The notes below the pieces were generated by a model. It ran no database searches. It was not told where the DNA came from and saw only the letters and a program-made list of their open reading frames with translations. Of a DNA stretch of 64,000 nucleotides, positions 1 to 10,047 are shown one piece after another. The translations under genes were made by a program, and so were the position numbers. Position 1 is the stretch's first letter; every line of letters starts with the position of its first letter. Source of the DNA: an uncultured Christensenellaceae bacterium. GTDB lineage: Bacteria; Bacillota; Clostridia; Christensenellales; UBA3700. The stretch is taken from the NCBI GenBank assembly GCA_910588545.1, contig CAJUOU010000003.1, positions 54,248-118,247 of the forward strand, read 5' to 3'.

Positions 1-2086
1 AAACAACTTGCTCGGTTTCCTTAACGATTTCATATTTCTCAGGAGGAATATGCATATCGAACACGGATGTTGTAATTGCACCGATAGTAGAATATTTATA
101 GCCTTGAGCCTTGATTTTATCCAATACGACAGATGTTTCTGTAGCACCCTTATATTTAAAGCAAGCGTCTACAATCTTTGAAAGTTGGCTCTTTCCTACC
201 AAGAAATCAATTTCCAAATCCAAATTCATTTCTGGACTGTTGTCTTGACTGATTGGAAGCTCAGGATTGTATCTCTTAACAAAATTCAAATCTTGTGGGA
301 TTGCCTCGTTAAAGATAAATCTACCAACCGAAGTTTTAATATTCTTTTGATAGTGTTTAACAACCTTTTCGCCGTTGATTTCAACTTCCATATCCATTGA
401 ATGACGAATACTTACCACATCTTGCAAACCGATTTCCTTTAATTGATAAGCCATTAAAGCTTCGTTAAAGCTACGATAGCATTTCAAATTGTAAGCAGAC
501 GGATTTTCCCAATACTTATCTGCATCGATTTTGATTTCTTTATTGTTTTCGTCAACGGTTATTGCATCTTTTTGAATTGTCAAATAGTATGAACCGATAA
601 CCATATCTTGCGATGGAGAAACGATTGGGTTACCATCCGACAATTTTAAAATATTGTTTGTTGCAAGCATTAAGAATCTAGCTTCTGCTTGAGCCTCTAA
701 ACTTAGTGGCACGTGAACAGCCATTTGGTCTCCGTCGAAGTCAGCGTTGAACGCACCGCAGGCAAGCGGATGCAATTTGATTGCTCTACCCTCAACCAAT
801 ACAGGTTCGAATGCTTGTATACCAAGTCTGTGCAATGTAGGAGCACGGTTTAAAAGTACAGGGTGGTCTTTGATAACATCTTCCAAAATGTTCCATACCT
901 CATCGGTACCTTTCATAATGTACTTTCTTGCAACTCTTATATTTAGGCAGTAGTTTAACTCTACAAGCTTTTTAATAACAAACGGTTTAAATAGCTCAAG
1001 AGCCATTTCCTTTGGAAGACCGCATTGATACATTTTCAATTCCGGACCTACAACGATAACCGAACGACCTGAATAGTCAACACGCTTACCAAGCAAGTTT
1101 TGACGGAAACGACCTTGTTTACCTTTTAACATACCTGTCAAAGACTTTAACTCACGTCCGCCCGGACCTGTAACAGGTTTGCCTCTTCTGCCGTTGTCAA
1201 ACAAAGCATCTACAGCTTCCTGTAACATTCTTTTTTCGTTTCTGATAATGATATCCGGAGAGCCATACTCGATAAGTTTTTTCAAACGTTTGTTACGAGT
1301 GATTACTCTTCTGTACAAATCATTCAAATCGGATGTAGCATATCTGCCACCATCAAGCGGTACCATTGGGCGCAATTCAGGTGGAAGTACAGGAATAACA
1401 TCCAAAATCATCCATTCAGGGCGATTACCGCTTACTCTAAACGACTCGATAATATCAAGTCTTTTGGAAGATTTAAGTTTTTTAGCACCCTCACTCTTTG
1501 CGATTTCTTTTTTAAGTTTTTCTGCCTCTTTATCCAAATCAAGTTGCTTTAGCAATTCTTTGATTGCCTCTGCACCCATCATAGCTTTAAAGCTGTCTCT
1601 ACCAAACTTTTCTTGCGCCTCACGGTATTCTTGGTCATTGATAGTTTGTTTGTATGCGAAATCCGTTTGACCCGGGTCAATAACGATAAATCTTGAAAAA
1701 TACAATACACTATCCAATTCCTTAATACCCAAATCCAAGCATAAGCCGATTGAGCTAGGTGTACCTTTGTAATACCAAATGTGAGAAACAGGAGCGGCAA
1801 GTTCGATATGTCCCATTCTTTCACGACGGACTTTACTGTCTGTCACCAAAACGCCGCATCTATCGCAAATAGTGCCCTCGTTTTTCTTTTTATATTTACC
1901 GCAAGCACATTCCCAACTGCGAGAAGGTCCGAAGATTACCTCGCAGAAAAGACCGCCTTTTTCGGGTTTTTGTGTTCTATAGTTAATTGTTTCGGCATTA
2001 ACAACTTCGCCTTTAGACCAACTTCTGATTTTATCCGGAGATGCAACTCCTATTTGGATAGAACTGAAATTATTTAATTCAAACAT
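1..2086 (-). CDS. rpoC: DNA-directed RNA polymerase subunit beta' (5' part; gene runs off the left edge)
   Basis: Absent from the ORF track because it has no in-window stop. Translating the minus strand from ATG at 2086 (GGAGG at 2093-2097) gives [28 protein letters not shown]... and the catalytic [12 protein letters not shown] motif near 730-765. It lies directly downstream of rpoB. Confidence 0.95.
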   Translation of the reverse strand, partial: MFELNNFSSIQIGVASPDKIRSWSKGEVVNAETINYRTQKPEKGGLFCEVIFGPSRSWECACGKYKKKNEGTICDRCGVLVTDSKVRRERMGHIELAAPVSHIWYYKGTPSSIGLCLDLGIKELDSVLYFSRFIVIDPGQTDFAYKQTINDQEYREAQEKFGRDSFKAMMGAEAIKELLKQLDLDKEAEKLKKEIAKSEGAKKLKSSKRLDIIESFRVSGNRPEWMILDVIPVLPPELRPMVPLDGGRYATSDLNDLYRRVITRNKRLKKLIEYGSPDIIIRNEKRMLQEAVDALFDNGRRGKPVTGPGGRELKSLTGMLKGKQGRFRQNLLGKRVDYSGRSVIVVGPELKMYQCGLPKEMALELFKPFVIKKLVELNYCLNIRVARKYIMKGTDEVWNILEDVIKDHPVLLNRAPTLHRLGIQAFEPVLVEGRAIKLHPLACGAFNADFDGDQMAVHVPLSLEAQAEARFLMLATNNILKLSDGNPIVSPSQDMVIGSYYLTIQKDAITVDENNKEIKIDADKYWENPSAYNLKCYRSFNEALMAYQLKEIGLQDVVSIRHSMDMEVEINGEKVVKHYQKNIKTSVGRFIFNEAIPQDLNFVKRYNPELPISQDNSPEMNLDLEIDFLVGKSQLSKIVDACFKYKGATETSVVLDKIKAQGYKYSTIGAITTSVFDMHIPPEKYEIVKETEQVV

Positions 2087-2098
2087 TTTCTACCTCCG

Positions 2099-5000
2099 TT
2101 ACTCTTTATCGTCATTACCGATACCGATGTCAAACAAATCGCCTGCATTTATATCGTTATTTGACTCACTTGCAATATCAAACAATTCCCCGGCGTTGAT
2201 ACCGTCATCGCCTGTAGGATTGTCATTGATACTGAAACCTAACAAATCGTCATCTTCAAATGAGAAATCATCCATATTGTAAGAATTATCATTGTCTATA
2301 CCGAAAATATCAAGTTCACTGTTACCGCCACCTATAATATCAATCTCTTTAAGCTCTTTTGGCTCTACATAAGGAGTATTCATGCCTTTAGAGCTGTAAG
2401 TATCGATACTGATTTCGTCGCCATTATCGTTAAGTGTACGAACATCCAAACACAATGAGCGGAACTCTCTTACCAATACCTTGAATGCCTCTGGAATACC
2501 CGGCTCGCAAATAGCATTGCCCTTAACAATAGAGTTGTAAATATTTGTACGTCCCTCTACGTCATCCGATTTAACAGTCAAAATCTCTTGCAAGATATGT
2601 GATGCACCATAAGCTTCCAATGCCCAAATTTCCATCTCACCGAATCTTTGACCACCGAACTGAGCTTTACCGCCAAGTGGTTGTTGAGTTACTAGTGAGT
2701 ATGAGCCTGTAGCTCTTGCGTGAATCTTATCGTCAACCAAGTGGATAAGTTTCAACATGTACATATAACCTACTGTTACAGGGTTTTCAAACGCTTCGCC
2801 TGTTCTTCCGTCAAACAACTTGATTTTACCGCTAGGGCTTAAATTGTTCTCGATGAATAGTTTTTTGATATCATCCTCGGATGCACCATCAAATACAGGA
2901 GTTTCTACTTTCCAATTCAACATTTTTGCAACATAGCCCAAGTGAACTTCAAGCACCTGTCCGATATTCATACGTGAAGGCACGCCCAATGGGTTAAGCA
3001 CGATTTGAAGTGGTGTACCGTCTTCCATAAATGGCATATCTTCCTTTGGAAGAACTCTTGAAACAACACCCTTGTTTCCGTGACGACCTGCCATCTTATC
3101 GCCTACGCCAAGTTTACGTTTTTGAGCAACATAAACTACAACTTTCATATTTACACCAGGAGAAAGCTCGTCCTTATTAGCTCTTGTAAATACTTTTACG
3201 TCAACAACAATACCTTTTTGTCCGTGAGGCAATCTTAATGATGTATCTCTTACATCCCTTACCTTTTCGCCGAACATTGCTCTTAGCAATCTATCCTCCG
3301 GTGTAAGGTCTGTTTCTCCCTTAGGAGTAACTTTACCGACCAAAATGTCTTCACTTGAAACTGTGCTACCGATTTGAATAATACCGTCCTCGTCAAGGTT
3401 TTTAATCATATCGTCGCTCAAGTTAGGAATATCGCGAGTAATTTGTTCTGCACCCAATTTACTGTCACGAGACTCGATTTCGTATTCTTCGATATGAACG
3501 GATGTAAACACATCGTCCTTTACCAAATCTTCACTGATAAGTATTGCGTCCTCGTAGTTATAACCCTCCCAAGACATGAAACCGATAAGAATATTCTTAC
3601 CAAGTGCAAGTTCGCCTTGTGAAGTTGCAGGACCGTCTGCGATTATCTCGCCTTTATTTACTTTTTGTCCCAACGAAACAATAGGTCTTTGGTTAATGCA
3701 AGTACCTTGGTTTGACCTTTCAAACTTACGCATATAGTACTCTTTTCTGCCACCGTCATCATTGGTTATGACAACTTTTTCGCCGTCTACATAAGTAACT
3801 GTACCATCAATTTCAGACAAAATACATACGCCGCTGTCATAAGCGATTCTATGTTCGATACCTGTTGCAATGATAGGAGCTTCTGTTTTGATTAGAGGAA
3901 CTGCCTGACGTTGCATGTTCGAGCCCATTAGTGCACGGGATGTATCGTCGTTCTCAAGGAACGGAATAAGTGATGCAGCAACCGAAACCAACTGCTTAGG
4001 GCTAACGTCCATATAGTCAACACGGCTTGCATCCACTTCGCGAATATCTTCACGGATACGGCAAGTAACACGCTTATTTTTAAAGCTACCGTCCTCGTTA
4101 AGTTCCACGTTTGCTTGTGCAACAACATATTTATCCTCTTCGTCAGCTTGCAAGTACTCAACACAATCCGTAACTATACCATTAGCTTTATCAACCTTAC
4201 GGTAAGGTGCTTCAATAAAACCATATTTGTTTACTTTTGCATAAGTTGCAAGTGAGGAAATAAGTCCGATATTTTGACCTTCAGGAGTCTCAATAGGACA
4301 CATTCTACCATAGTGAGAGTGGTGAACGTCACGAACTTCAAAGCCTGCACACTCTCTGTTCAAACCGCCAGGTCCCAAAGCCGACAGCTTTCTTTTATGA
4401 GTAAGCTCTGCGATTGGATTGTGATGGTCCATGAATTGTGACAACTGTGAAGAACAGAAAAATTCTTTAATTACACTTGTTACGGGTTTGATATTGATAT
4501 AAGATTGTGCGGTTTGCTCATTGTCGTCTTGAGTAACGCTCATTCTTTCCTTGATAACTTTTTCAAGTCTTACCAAACCTACACGCATTTGATTTTGCAA
4601 CAACTCGCCTACCGCTCTTACTCTTCTGTTTGCCAAGTGGTCGATATTATCGATTTCGCCAAAGCCGGAAGCGTGAGCCAAGTTGATATTCATAGTTGCA
4701 ATAATATCATCCATTGTGATATGTTTTACAACTAATTCCTTTGCATTTTCCTTAATAGCGTTGATAAGTGCTTCCCCGCTGTAGTCTTGCATCATTTGCT
4801 TTAATACAGGGTAGTAAACTCTTTCGTTAATACCAAGCTCTTCAGCATTACAATCAACAAACGCATTGATATCAACAGTGTTGTTACCAATCATTTTGAA
4901 AACGCCGCCGTCTCCGTTTGCATTGTATAGCAATACTTCGTTAATACCTGCGTTTTGAATATTCAATGCCACTTCTTCGGAAATTACCTCTCCTTTAGTT

Positions 5001-5920
5001 ACAAAAATCTCGCCGTCCTCGCTAACGATATCGCTTGCAGCAGTTTGATTTGCAATACGAGTTGCAATGGATAATTTTTTATTGAATTTATATCTTCCGA
5101 CTCTTTGAGTATCGTACCTCTTACTGTCAAAGAACATATTGTTAATCAATTCGGTAACGCCGTCAATAGTAGGAACTTCTCCGCTCTTCAATTTTTTGAA
5201 AAGCTCTATTTTAGCATCGTCCACATTGCGTGCAATATCTTTTTCGATAGTATCTTTAAGCATTTGATTGTCACCGAACAACTCAAAAATTTGTTCGTCG
5301 GTTCCAAATCCCAAAGCTCTTATAAATGTAGTTGCCGGCAATTTTCTTTTTCTGTCAACCACAACATATAAAATATTGTTGGAATCTTGTTTAAACTCAA
5401 GCCAAGCACCTCTGTTAGGAATAACAGTTGTATCAAAACGGTCAATACCATTCCTATCCTTTTGTGCTGTTGTGTAAACACCCGGGCTTCTTACAAGCTG
5501 CGAAACAATAACACGCTCCGCACCATTGATAATGAAAGAACCGCTGTCAGTCATCAACGGAAACTCGCCCATAAATACTTCGTTATCAATAGCTATAGGC
5601 TCGCCGTCCGCATTCTTTTTAATTAACCTGACTTTAACTTTCAAAGGTACTGCGTAAGTAGTATCTCTATCTTTACACTCCTTTACGGAATACTTTGGAT
5701 TCATATCCAAATAGTAATCCAAAAATTGAAGTTCCATTCTGCCCGCATGGTCTTTAACAGGCGAAAAATCTTGCAAAACTTCGCCAATTCCTTTCTCCAA
5801 GAAATTTTTGTAAGAGTCCTTTTGCAAAGCGATAAAATATGGTATATCGATAGTCTCTTTTATGTTGCTGAAAGAAACTCTTTCTGTCTTGCCATATTTA
5901 ACTTTGTGAATATTTGACAT
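2099..5920 (-). CDS. rpoB: DNA-directed RNA polymerase subunit beta, with an extra acidic C-terminal tail
   Basis: 1273-aa ORF with typical beta-subunit blocks ([50 protein letters not shown]). Stop lies 12 nt before the rpoC start. Confidence 0.97.
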   Translation of the reverse strand: MSNIHKVKYGKTERVSFSNIKETIDIPYFIALQKDSYKNFLEKGIGEVLQDFSPVKDHAGRMELQFLDYYLDMNPKYSVKECKDRDTTYAVPLKVKVRLIKKNADGEPIAIDNEVFMGEFPLMTDSGSFIINGAERVIVSQLVRSPGVYTTAQKDRNGIDRFDTTVIPNRGAWLEFKQDSNNILYVVVDRKRKLPATTFIRALGFGTDEQIFELFGDNQMLKDTIEKDIARNVDDAKIELFKKLKSGEVPTIDGVTELINNMFFDSKRYDTQRVGRYKFNKKLSIATRIANQTAASDIVSEDGEIFVTKGEVISEEVALNIQNAGINEVLLYNANGDGGVFKMIGNNTVDINAFVDCNAEELGINERVYYPVLKQMMQDYSGEALINAIKENAKELVVKHITMDDIIATMNINLAHASGFGEIDNIDHLANRRVRAVGELLQNQMRVGLVRLEKVIKERMSVTQDDNEQTAQSYINIKPVTSVIKEFFCSSQLSQFMDHHNPIAELTHKRKLSALGPGGLNRECAGFEVRDVHHSHYGRMCPIETPEGQNIGLISSLATYAKVNKYGFIEAPYRKVDKANGIVTDCVEYLQADEEDKYVVAQANVELNEDGSFKNKRVTCRIREDIREVDASRVDYMDVSPKQLVSVAASLIPFLENDDTSRALMGSNMQRQAVPLIKTEAPIIATGIEHRIAYDSGVCILSEIDGTVTYVDGEKVVITNDDGGRKEYYMRKFERSNQGTCINQRPIVSLGQKVNKGEIIADGPATSQGELALGKNILIGFMSWEGYNYEDAILISEDLVKDDVFTSVHIEEYEIESRDSKLGAEQITRDIPNLSDDMIKNLDEDGIIQIGSTVSSEDILVGKVTPKGETDLTPEDRLLRAMFGEKVRDVRDTSLRLPHGQKGIVVDVKVFTRANKDELSPGVNMKVVVYVAQKRKLGVGDKMAGRHGNKGVVSRVLPKEDMPFMEDGTPLQIVLNPLGVPSRMNIGQVLEVHLGYVAKMLNWKVETPVFDGASEDDIKKLFIENNLSPSGKIKLFDGRTGEAFENPVTVGYMYMLKLIHLVDDKIHARATGSYSLVTQQPLGGKAQFGGQRFGEMEIWALEAYGASHILQEILTVKSDDVEGRTNIYNSIVKGNAICEPGIPEAFKVLVREFRSLCLDVRTLNDNGDEISIDTYSSKGMNTPYVEPKELKEIDIIGGGNSELDIFGIDNDNSYNMDDFSFEDDDLLGFSINDNPTGDDGINAGELFDIASESNNDINAGDLFDIGIGNDDKE

Positions 5921-6250
5921 ATTGCACTCTCCTTCCTAAAAAACTTTTAATGCCTGAAATACTTGCGCATACACCGACATTATAATACCTTACCATTGTA
6001 CAATAATTAATTTTTTAAGTCAAATATTTTAATTATTTATTTGATATTTATTTAATAAGATTTTACAAGCTGCGAAAACTATCGGTTTTATGACAAAAAA
6101 GCTAAATATTTCTATTAAAAAGGCAAGGATATTTTACCTAAATTTTTCATTGTAATTTTTTGGTAATTGATATTTAGCCATAATTATTCTTTTATTAAAC
6201 TTGTATTTATTGAACAAAGCCAACAAAAATTGCATTTTTCACAAAAACCA

Positions 6251-6279
6251 TTGACTTCCCAACATTTTGGGAATATAAT
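6251..6279 (+). promoter_or_regulatory. Sigma-A type promoter TTGACT-17-TATAAT with an embedded operator-like inverted repeat
   Basis: TTGACT at 6251-6256 and TATAAT at 6274-6279. The spacer is filled by TTCCCAA-CATT-TTGGGAA (6256-6273), the same half-sites seen at 7145-7221. Confidence 0.6.
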
Positions 6280-6438
6280 TAAATTACGATAATTAAATTA
6301 GCTTTAAGCTTAAATTTACCATTGCATTTCAATAAACTTGCATTAAAGTTATTAACTACTTGATTAAGTTTTGCAATAAACATGCTCAACCATGATTTGC
6401 AACGTATTTATTAAAAAGATAATTATTAGGAGAATAAA

Positions 6439-6783
6439 ATGTTTTGTAAATATTGCGGAAACGAAATAAACGAAAAAGCTATAGTTTGCCCTAATTGCGG
6501 AGTTGCAGTAAACAACACCATTTGCCATAGCAGCGAACAAAAAACCAATGTGCTTGCTATAGTAGGATTGATTATGGCATTTTTTATGCCAATCGCAGGA
6601 CTTATTTGCTCGATAATCGGATACAAAAAAGCAGGAGAATACAGTGATAACAGCAAACCTATGGCACTTGCAGGAATTATTATTAGTTCTATTATTATGG
6701 GGATAATTTTGATTATTTTATCAATTTATATAAACCTTGTTGTTTTTCTTCTAGGAGCATTTTCCGGCATGAAGGCCTTTTAA
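6439..6783 (+). CDS. Zinc-ribbon membrane protein (N-terminal CxxC...CxxC, DUF4190-like C-terminal TM pair), paralog A
   Basis: AGGAGA RBS before the ATG. MFCKYCGNEI...CPNCG zinc ribbon followed by two hydrophobic helices. Clear paralog of 7258-7596. Confidence 0.8.
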   Translation: MFCKYCGNEINEKAIVCPNCGVAVNNTICHSSEQKTNVLAIVGLIMAFFMPIAGLICSIIGYKKAGEYSDNSKPMALAGIIISSIIMGIILIILSIYINLVVFLLGAFSGMKAF

Positions 6784-6810
6784 AAAATATCAAAGTCTGC
6801 AAACTAAAAA

Positions 6811-6838
6811 TCGGTGTCAAATAAGACACCGATTTATT
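6811..6838 (+). terminator. Rho-independent terminator
   Basis: TCGGTGTC-aaataa-GACACCGA stem followed by a T-rich run, 28 nt after the stop. Confidence 0.6.
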
Positions 6839-6927
6839 ATATTATTTACAAAATTAAACTTACTAAATAACACTTAAAATGTTATTTTTTTATTTAAAAA
6901 AGCATCACATAAACAATAAAATTTACT

Positions 6928-7134
6928 TTAATCCTCCAAACCCGCAAGATAATCTATAGACACCCCAAAATACTGTGCTATTACTATTAACTTAGATAAA
7001 GTTGGTTCACTTTTACCTAGTTCCCAGCAACTGATTATTGATTTGCCTACATCTAAATCTTTTGCTAATTGAATTTGCCCAATCCCCTTTTCTAATCGCA
7101 ACGCTAACAAACGCTCTGCAAATATACTTTTCAT
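6928..7134 (-). CDS. XRE-family helix-turn-helix transcriptional regulator (68 aa)
   Basis: Typical Cro/C1 HTH pattern (LRLEKGIGQIQLAKDLDVGKSIISCWELGKSEP...YFGVSIDYL). Divergent from 7258-7596. Confidence 0.85.
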   Translation of the reverse strand: MKSIFAERLLALRLEKGIGQIQLAKDLDVGKSIISCWELGKSEPTLSKLIVIAQYFGVSIDYLAGLED

Positions 7135-7144
7135 ATTAAAAATA

Positions 7145-7228
7145 TTACCACAATGTTGGGAAAAATACTTAAATTCCCAATAAATTGGAAAAAAGCACTT
7201 GACTTTCCCAATATATTGGGAGTATAAT
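7145..7228. promoter_or_regulatory. Divergent control region with three operator-like palindromes and the promoter of 7258-7596
   Basis: TTACCAC-AATG-TTGGGAA (7145-7162), TTCCCAA-TAAA-TTGGAA (7174-7190) and the perfect 16-bp palindrome TCCCAATATATTGGGA (7206-7221). The last lies between TTGACT (7199-7204) and TATAAT (7223-7228). Confidence 0.6.
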
Positions 7229-7257
7229 AAATTTATAAAATTTAGGAGGAATTATTA

Positions 7258-7596
7258 ATGTTTTGCACTAATTGTGGTAAAGAAATCAATGATAATGCAG
7301 CAATTTGTCCATATTGCGGAGTCGTAGCAAACAAATCTGCTCTAAGCAACGCTAGCGGCAACACCAATCAATCAAACACTATGGCTATAGTTGGATTTAT
7401 ATTTTCTTTCTTCTTTGCACTAGTTGGCTTGATTTGCTCTATTATCGGATTTAAAAGAGCTCCAGAATTTGGTGGTAATGGTAAAGGTCTTGCTTTGGCA
7501 GGAATCATTATCAGCTCAATATCAATTATAATTACTATTATAGTTTTCGTAGTTGTTATTGGCGGTGCTTTGGCATTTGCCGGTTCTATGGCATAA
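7258..7596 (+). CDS. Zinc-ribbon membrane protein, paralog B
   Basis: AGGAGG RBS. MFCTNCGKEI...CPYCG, with the same TM layout as 6439-6783. Confidence 0.8.
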   Translation: MFCTNCGKEINDNAAICPYCGVVANKSALSNASGNTNQSNTMAIVGFIFSFFFALVGLICSIIGFKRAPEFGGNGKGLALAGIIISSISIIITIIVFVVVIGGALAFAGSMA

Positions 7597-7611
7597 AAAT
7601 AAAATGATTAA

Positions 7612-7636
7612 AGCCTGTGCAAACAGGCTTTTTTTC
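7612..7636 (+). terminator. Rho-independent terminator
   Basis: AGCCTGT-gcaa-ACAGGCT followed by TTTTTTT. Confidence 0.75.
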
Positions 7637-7715
7637 ATACAAAACTTTATATTATATTAAATATATCATTAAAATAGCCTTACTAAAACAAATAAAAATT
7701 GATTGGAATAAAAAT

Positions 7716-7741
7716 ACCCGCTAAAAAGCGGGTTTATTTTT
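7716..7741. terminator. Bidirectional terminator
   Basis: ACCCGC-taaaaa-GCGGGT flanked by A-run and T-run, directly after the stop of the minus-strand gene 7743-8210. Confidence 0.7.
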
Positions 7742-7742
7742 A

Positions 7743-8210
7743 TTATTCGATTACAATATCCGCATCGACATTTGTAACATCTTCAGTTTCATTGTATTTT
7801 ACTTCGACGTCTTTTTCATCTGCTACAGCATCTTCACTTTGCTCTTTTTGTTTTTTCAACTCTTCCATATATCTTTTTTCGTCACGCATAAGTTTACTGC
7901 ACATAAACAAAGTAGCTCTTGTCATTTTAGAAATATTATGAGCCATAGTAATTAACAAGCCCAACAAAAATATGCTTATAGCACAATTAATAAACCCTAC
8001 AAAAAGCGATGAAACGCCGGCTTGAACGCTAAAGCAAAAGTTTATAATCATTGCAATTAGGTTAGCTACAAGTAAAAGTGTGCATACGACAATAAAAATA
8101 ATACTAAAAAGTTTCTTCTCTTTCTTTAAATTTTCATTTGGGTCATCTTTAACATGGTCAGGCAAAAATGCTTCAAACAAATCTTTTGTCTTATTGTTAT
8201 CTTTTTTCAT
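7743..8210 (-). CDS. Hypothetical membrane protein with acidic C-terminus
   Basis: 155-aa ORF with a GGAGGGGAA-type RBS at 8212-8220, two or three hydrophobic helices and no motif I recognise. Confidence 0.6.
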   Translation of the reverse strand: MKKDNNKTKDLFEAFLPDHVKDDPNENLKKEKKLFSIIFIVVCTLLLVANLIAMIINFCFSVQAGVSSLFVGFINCAISIFLLGLLITMAHNISKMTRATLFMCSKLMRDEKRYMEELKKQKEQSEDAVADEKDVEVKYNETEDVTNVDADIVIE

Positions 8211-8388
8211 ATTCCCCTCCTATTATACAATATAATTTTATCACTTTTTATATTGTATGTCAATATATAGGTCAAAAATTTTTATAATTATGATATTGGC
8301 TACCGCAAAACGCTGAAATTAAATAAAAACCAATAGTAAAAATCTAATATAATGTTATTATAATATAAAATAAAAATTTTATCTATAT

Positions 8389-9024
8389 TTACTGCACTTC
8401 TTTTTTCAACAACTCAGGAGATATTTCCCTATCTTTAAAATAAAACTTGTCGTCACGCTCGCCGATGTCACGTTGCACTTTGCAAGGAGTGCCGTAAGCC
8501 ACAACATTAGCAGGTATATCCTTTGTAACCACTGAACCTGCTCCAATTACAGAGTTATCGCCTATGCTAACCCCGGGCAAAATCACGGCATTTGCCCCAA
8601 TCCAAACATTTTTTCCGATATGTATTGGCATATTAAATTGATAAATTTTTTCCCTAAGTTTGGCATTGATAGGATGTCCCGCAGTACAAACGGTAACGTT
8701 AGGTCCAAACATAGTACTGTCGCCAACGTAAATATCCGCATCGTCCACCAAGGTCAAATTAAAGTTTCCGTATACATTTTTTCCAAAATGTACATTTCCG
8801 CCACCCCAATTACTATGAAAAGGTGGTTCAATATAGCAGTTATCCCCAATTTCCGCAAACATTTTTTTAAGCAGTCTTTCTCTTTTCTTTTGTTGCGAAG
8901 GCTTTGTTTTGTTGTACTTATGCAAAAGTTGCAAGCATTTTAATTGGTCTTGTGCCAACTCCTCATTATCGCAGGAATAAAGTGCTCCCGAGCGTACTTG
9001 CATCTTCAATTCTTCAAAAGTCAT
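8389..9024 (-). CDS. Maltose/galactoside O-acetyltransferase family (hexapeptide-repeat) acetyltransferase
   Basis: Maa/LacA-like N-terminus plus left-handed beta-helix repeats ([31 protein letters not shown]). Start moved to MTFEEL (ATG 9024), which has AAGGAG 7 nt upstream. Confidence 0.85.
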   Translation of the reverse strand: MTFEELKMQVRSGALYSCDNEELAQDQLKCLQLLHKYNKTKPSQQKKRERLLKKMFAEIGDNCYIEPPFHSNWGGGNVHFGKNVYGNFNLTLVDDADIYVGDSTMFGPNVTVCTAGHPINAKLREKIYQFNMPIHIGKNVWIGANAVILPGVSIGDNSVIGAGSVVTKDIPANVVAYGTPCKVQRDIGERDDKFYFKDREISPELLKKEVQ

Positions 9025-9093
9025 AAATTTCTCCTTAAAAAAACGCAAACTACCCCCTTATTTGGGATAGTTTGCCTAAAATTTGTTTTTTAA

Positions 9094-9462
9094 TCAGTCG
9101 CCGTCGCCAAGCCTGCAACCATTGCAACCGCAATCGCAATCATCGTCGCACTCGCCGTCGCAGTCACAAAATCCCTCTTCCTCGGCTTCTTTCAAATACT
9201 CGTTAAATACTTCGTTAAGCAAGTTTTCGTCCTCGATAGGTATAAACTTGTCATCTCCGTCTTCGTCCACGCCTAATTCGTAAATAATCACTTCGTCTTC
9301 CGCAATACCGTCGATTAGCTCAACAGGTTGTAAAAATATATACCACTTATCTTTATAATCAATAGTTGCGACATGATAAAAATCAACATCTTTACCATCC
9401 ATATCCACAAGAGTGATAATATCGCACTCTTCTTCCATCATTTCGTCCATAACTTCTGCCAT
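9094..9462 (-). CDS. DUF1292 (UPF0473, YrzB-like) protein with Cys/Asp-rich C-terminal tail
   Basis: Acidic ~95-aa core (ITLVDMDGKDVDFYHVATIDYKDKWYIFLQPV) downstream of ruvX, as in the Bacillus yrrK-yrzB arrangement. The tail is CDCDGECDDDCDCGCNGC. Confidence 0.75.
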   Translation of the reverse strand: MAEVMDEMMEEECDIITLVDMDGKDVDFYHVATIDYKDKWYIFLQPVELIDGIAEDEVIIYELGVDEDGDDKFIPIEDENLLNEVFNEYLKEAEEEGFCDCDGECDDDCDCGCNGCRLGDGD

Positions 9463-9619
9463 TATATGCCTCCCTTTGCATTAATAAATCAATGCTATAC
9501 CTTAATATTATTATAATTACCAAAAATTGTCAATACCTTTTTTAAAAATAATAACCCGTTTTTGTCATTTTATGTAATCAAAATATTAAACACCGCACAT
9601 TTAACTCAAATAAAAGCAT

Positions 9620-10036
9620 TTATCTTTTGCAATCAAGGTACTGTTGCAAAATAATGGTTGCAGCGATTTTATCGATTACGCCTTTGCGTTTTTCTCTTCG
9701 CACACCTGCTTCGATAAGCATTCTCTCGCCCGTTACGGTAGTAAGTCTTTCGTCCTGAAATGAAATTTTGACATTCGGGATTAATTGCTGCAATTTATCC
9801 GCAAATTCCCTTGTCCTTAGCACTCTGTCCCCCTCCGTACCATCCATATTGATAGGAAGCCCAAAAACAATCTCGTCCACCGCATTGGGTTTTACAAGTC
9901 CTGCAATATACTGCAAATCTTTTTCTTCGGAAACACGTTTGTAGGTCTCGTAACCATTTGCGATTATTTTCATAATATCGCTCATAGCTATTCCTATCCT
10001 TGCATCTCCGAAGTCCAAAGCCATTACTCTATTCAT
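9620..10036 (-). CDS. ruvX: Holliday junction resolvase-like / pre-16S rRNA nuclease RuvX (YqgF)
   Basis: MALDFGDARIGIAMSD...GLPINMDGTEG...DERLTT motifs. Start placed at MNRVMALDFG (ATG 10036), which has AGGAGA 5 nt upstream. Confidence 0.9.
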   Translation of the reverse strand: MNRVMALDFGDARIGIAMSDIMKIIANGYETYKRVSEEKDLQYIAGLVKPNAVDEIVFGLPINMDGTEGDRVLRTREFADKLQQLIPNVKISFQDERLTTVTGERMLIEAGVRREKRKGVIDKIAATIILQQYLDCKR

Positions 10037-10047
10037 AGTATCTCCTA

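Noticed and set aside
185-5917. Many 60-160-aa plus-strand ORFs in the track (for example 185-400, 747-953, 1179-1670, 1781-2077, 3374-3622, 4505-4735, 5105-5626, 5726-5917).
   Set aside because: They lie antisense to rpoC and rpoB, whose minus-strand translations are unmistakable. They have no RBSs and low-complexity products. They are shadow ORFs.
5921-6250. Attempted to define the rpoB promoter in the AT-rich 500-bp upstream region (TATAAT-like hexamer near 5975 on the minus strand).
   Set aside because: No -35 lies at an acceptable spacing by my count (TTGTAC is only 13 nt away). It is left unannotated.
9083-9283. Ser/Pro/Gln-rich 66-aa plus-strand ORF.
   Set aside because: It is the antisense reading of the Asp/Glu/Cys-rich tail of the DUF1292 gene. 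The compositional mirror image explains the open frame.
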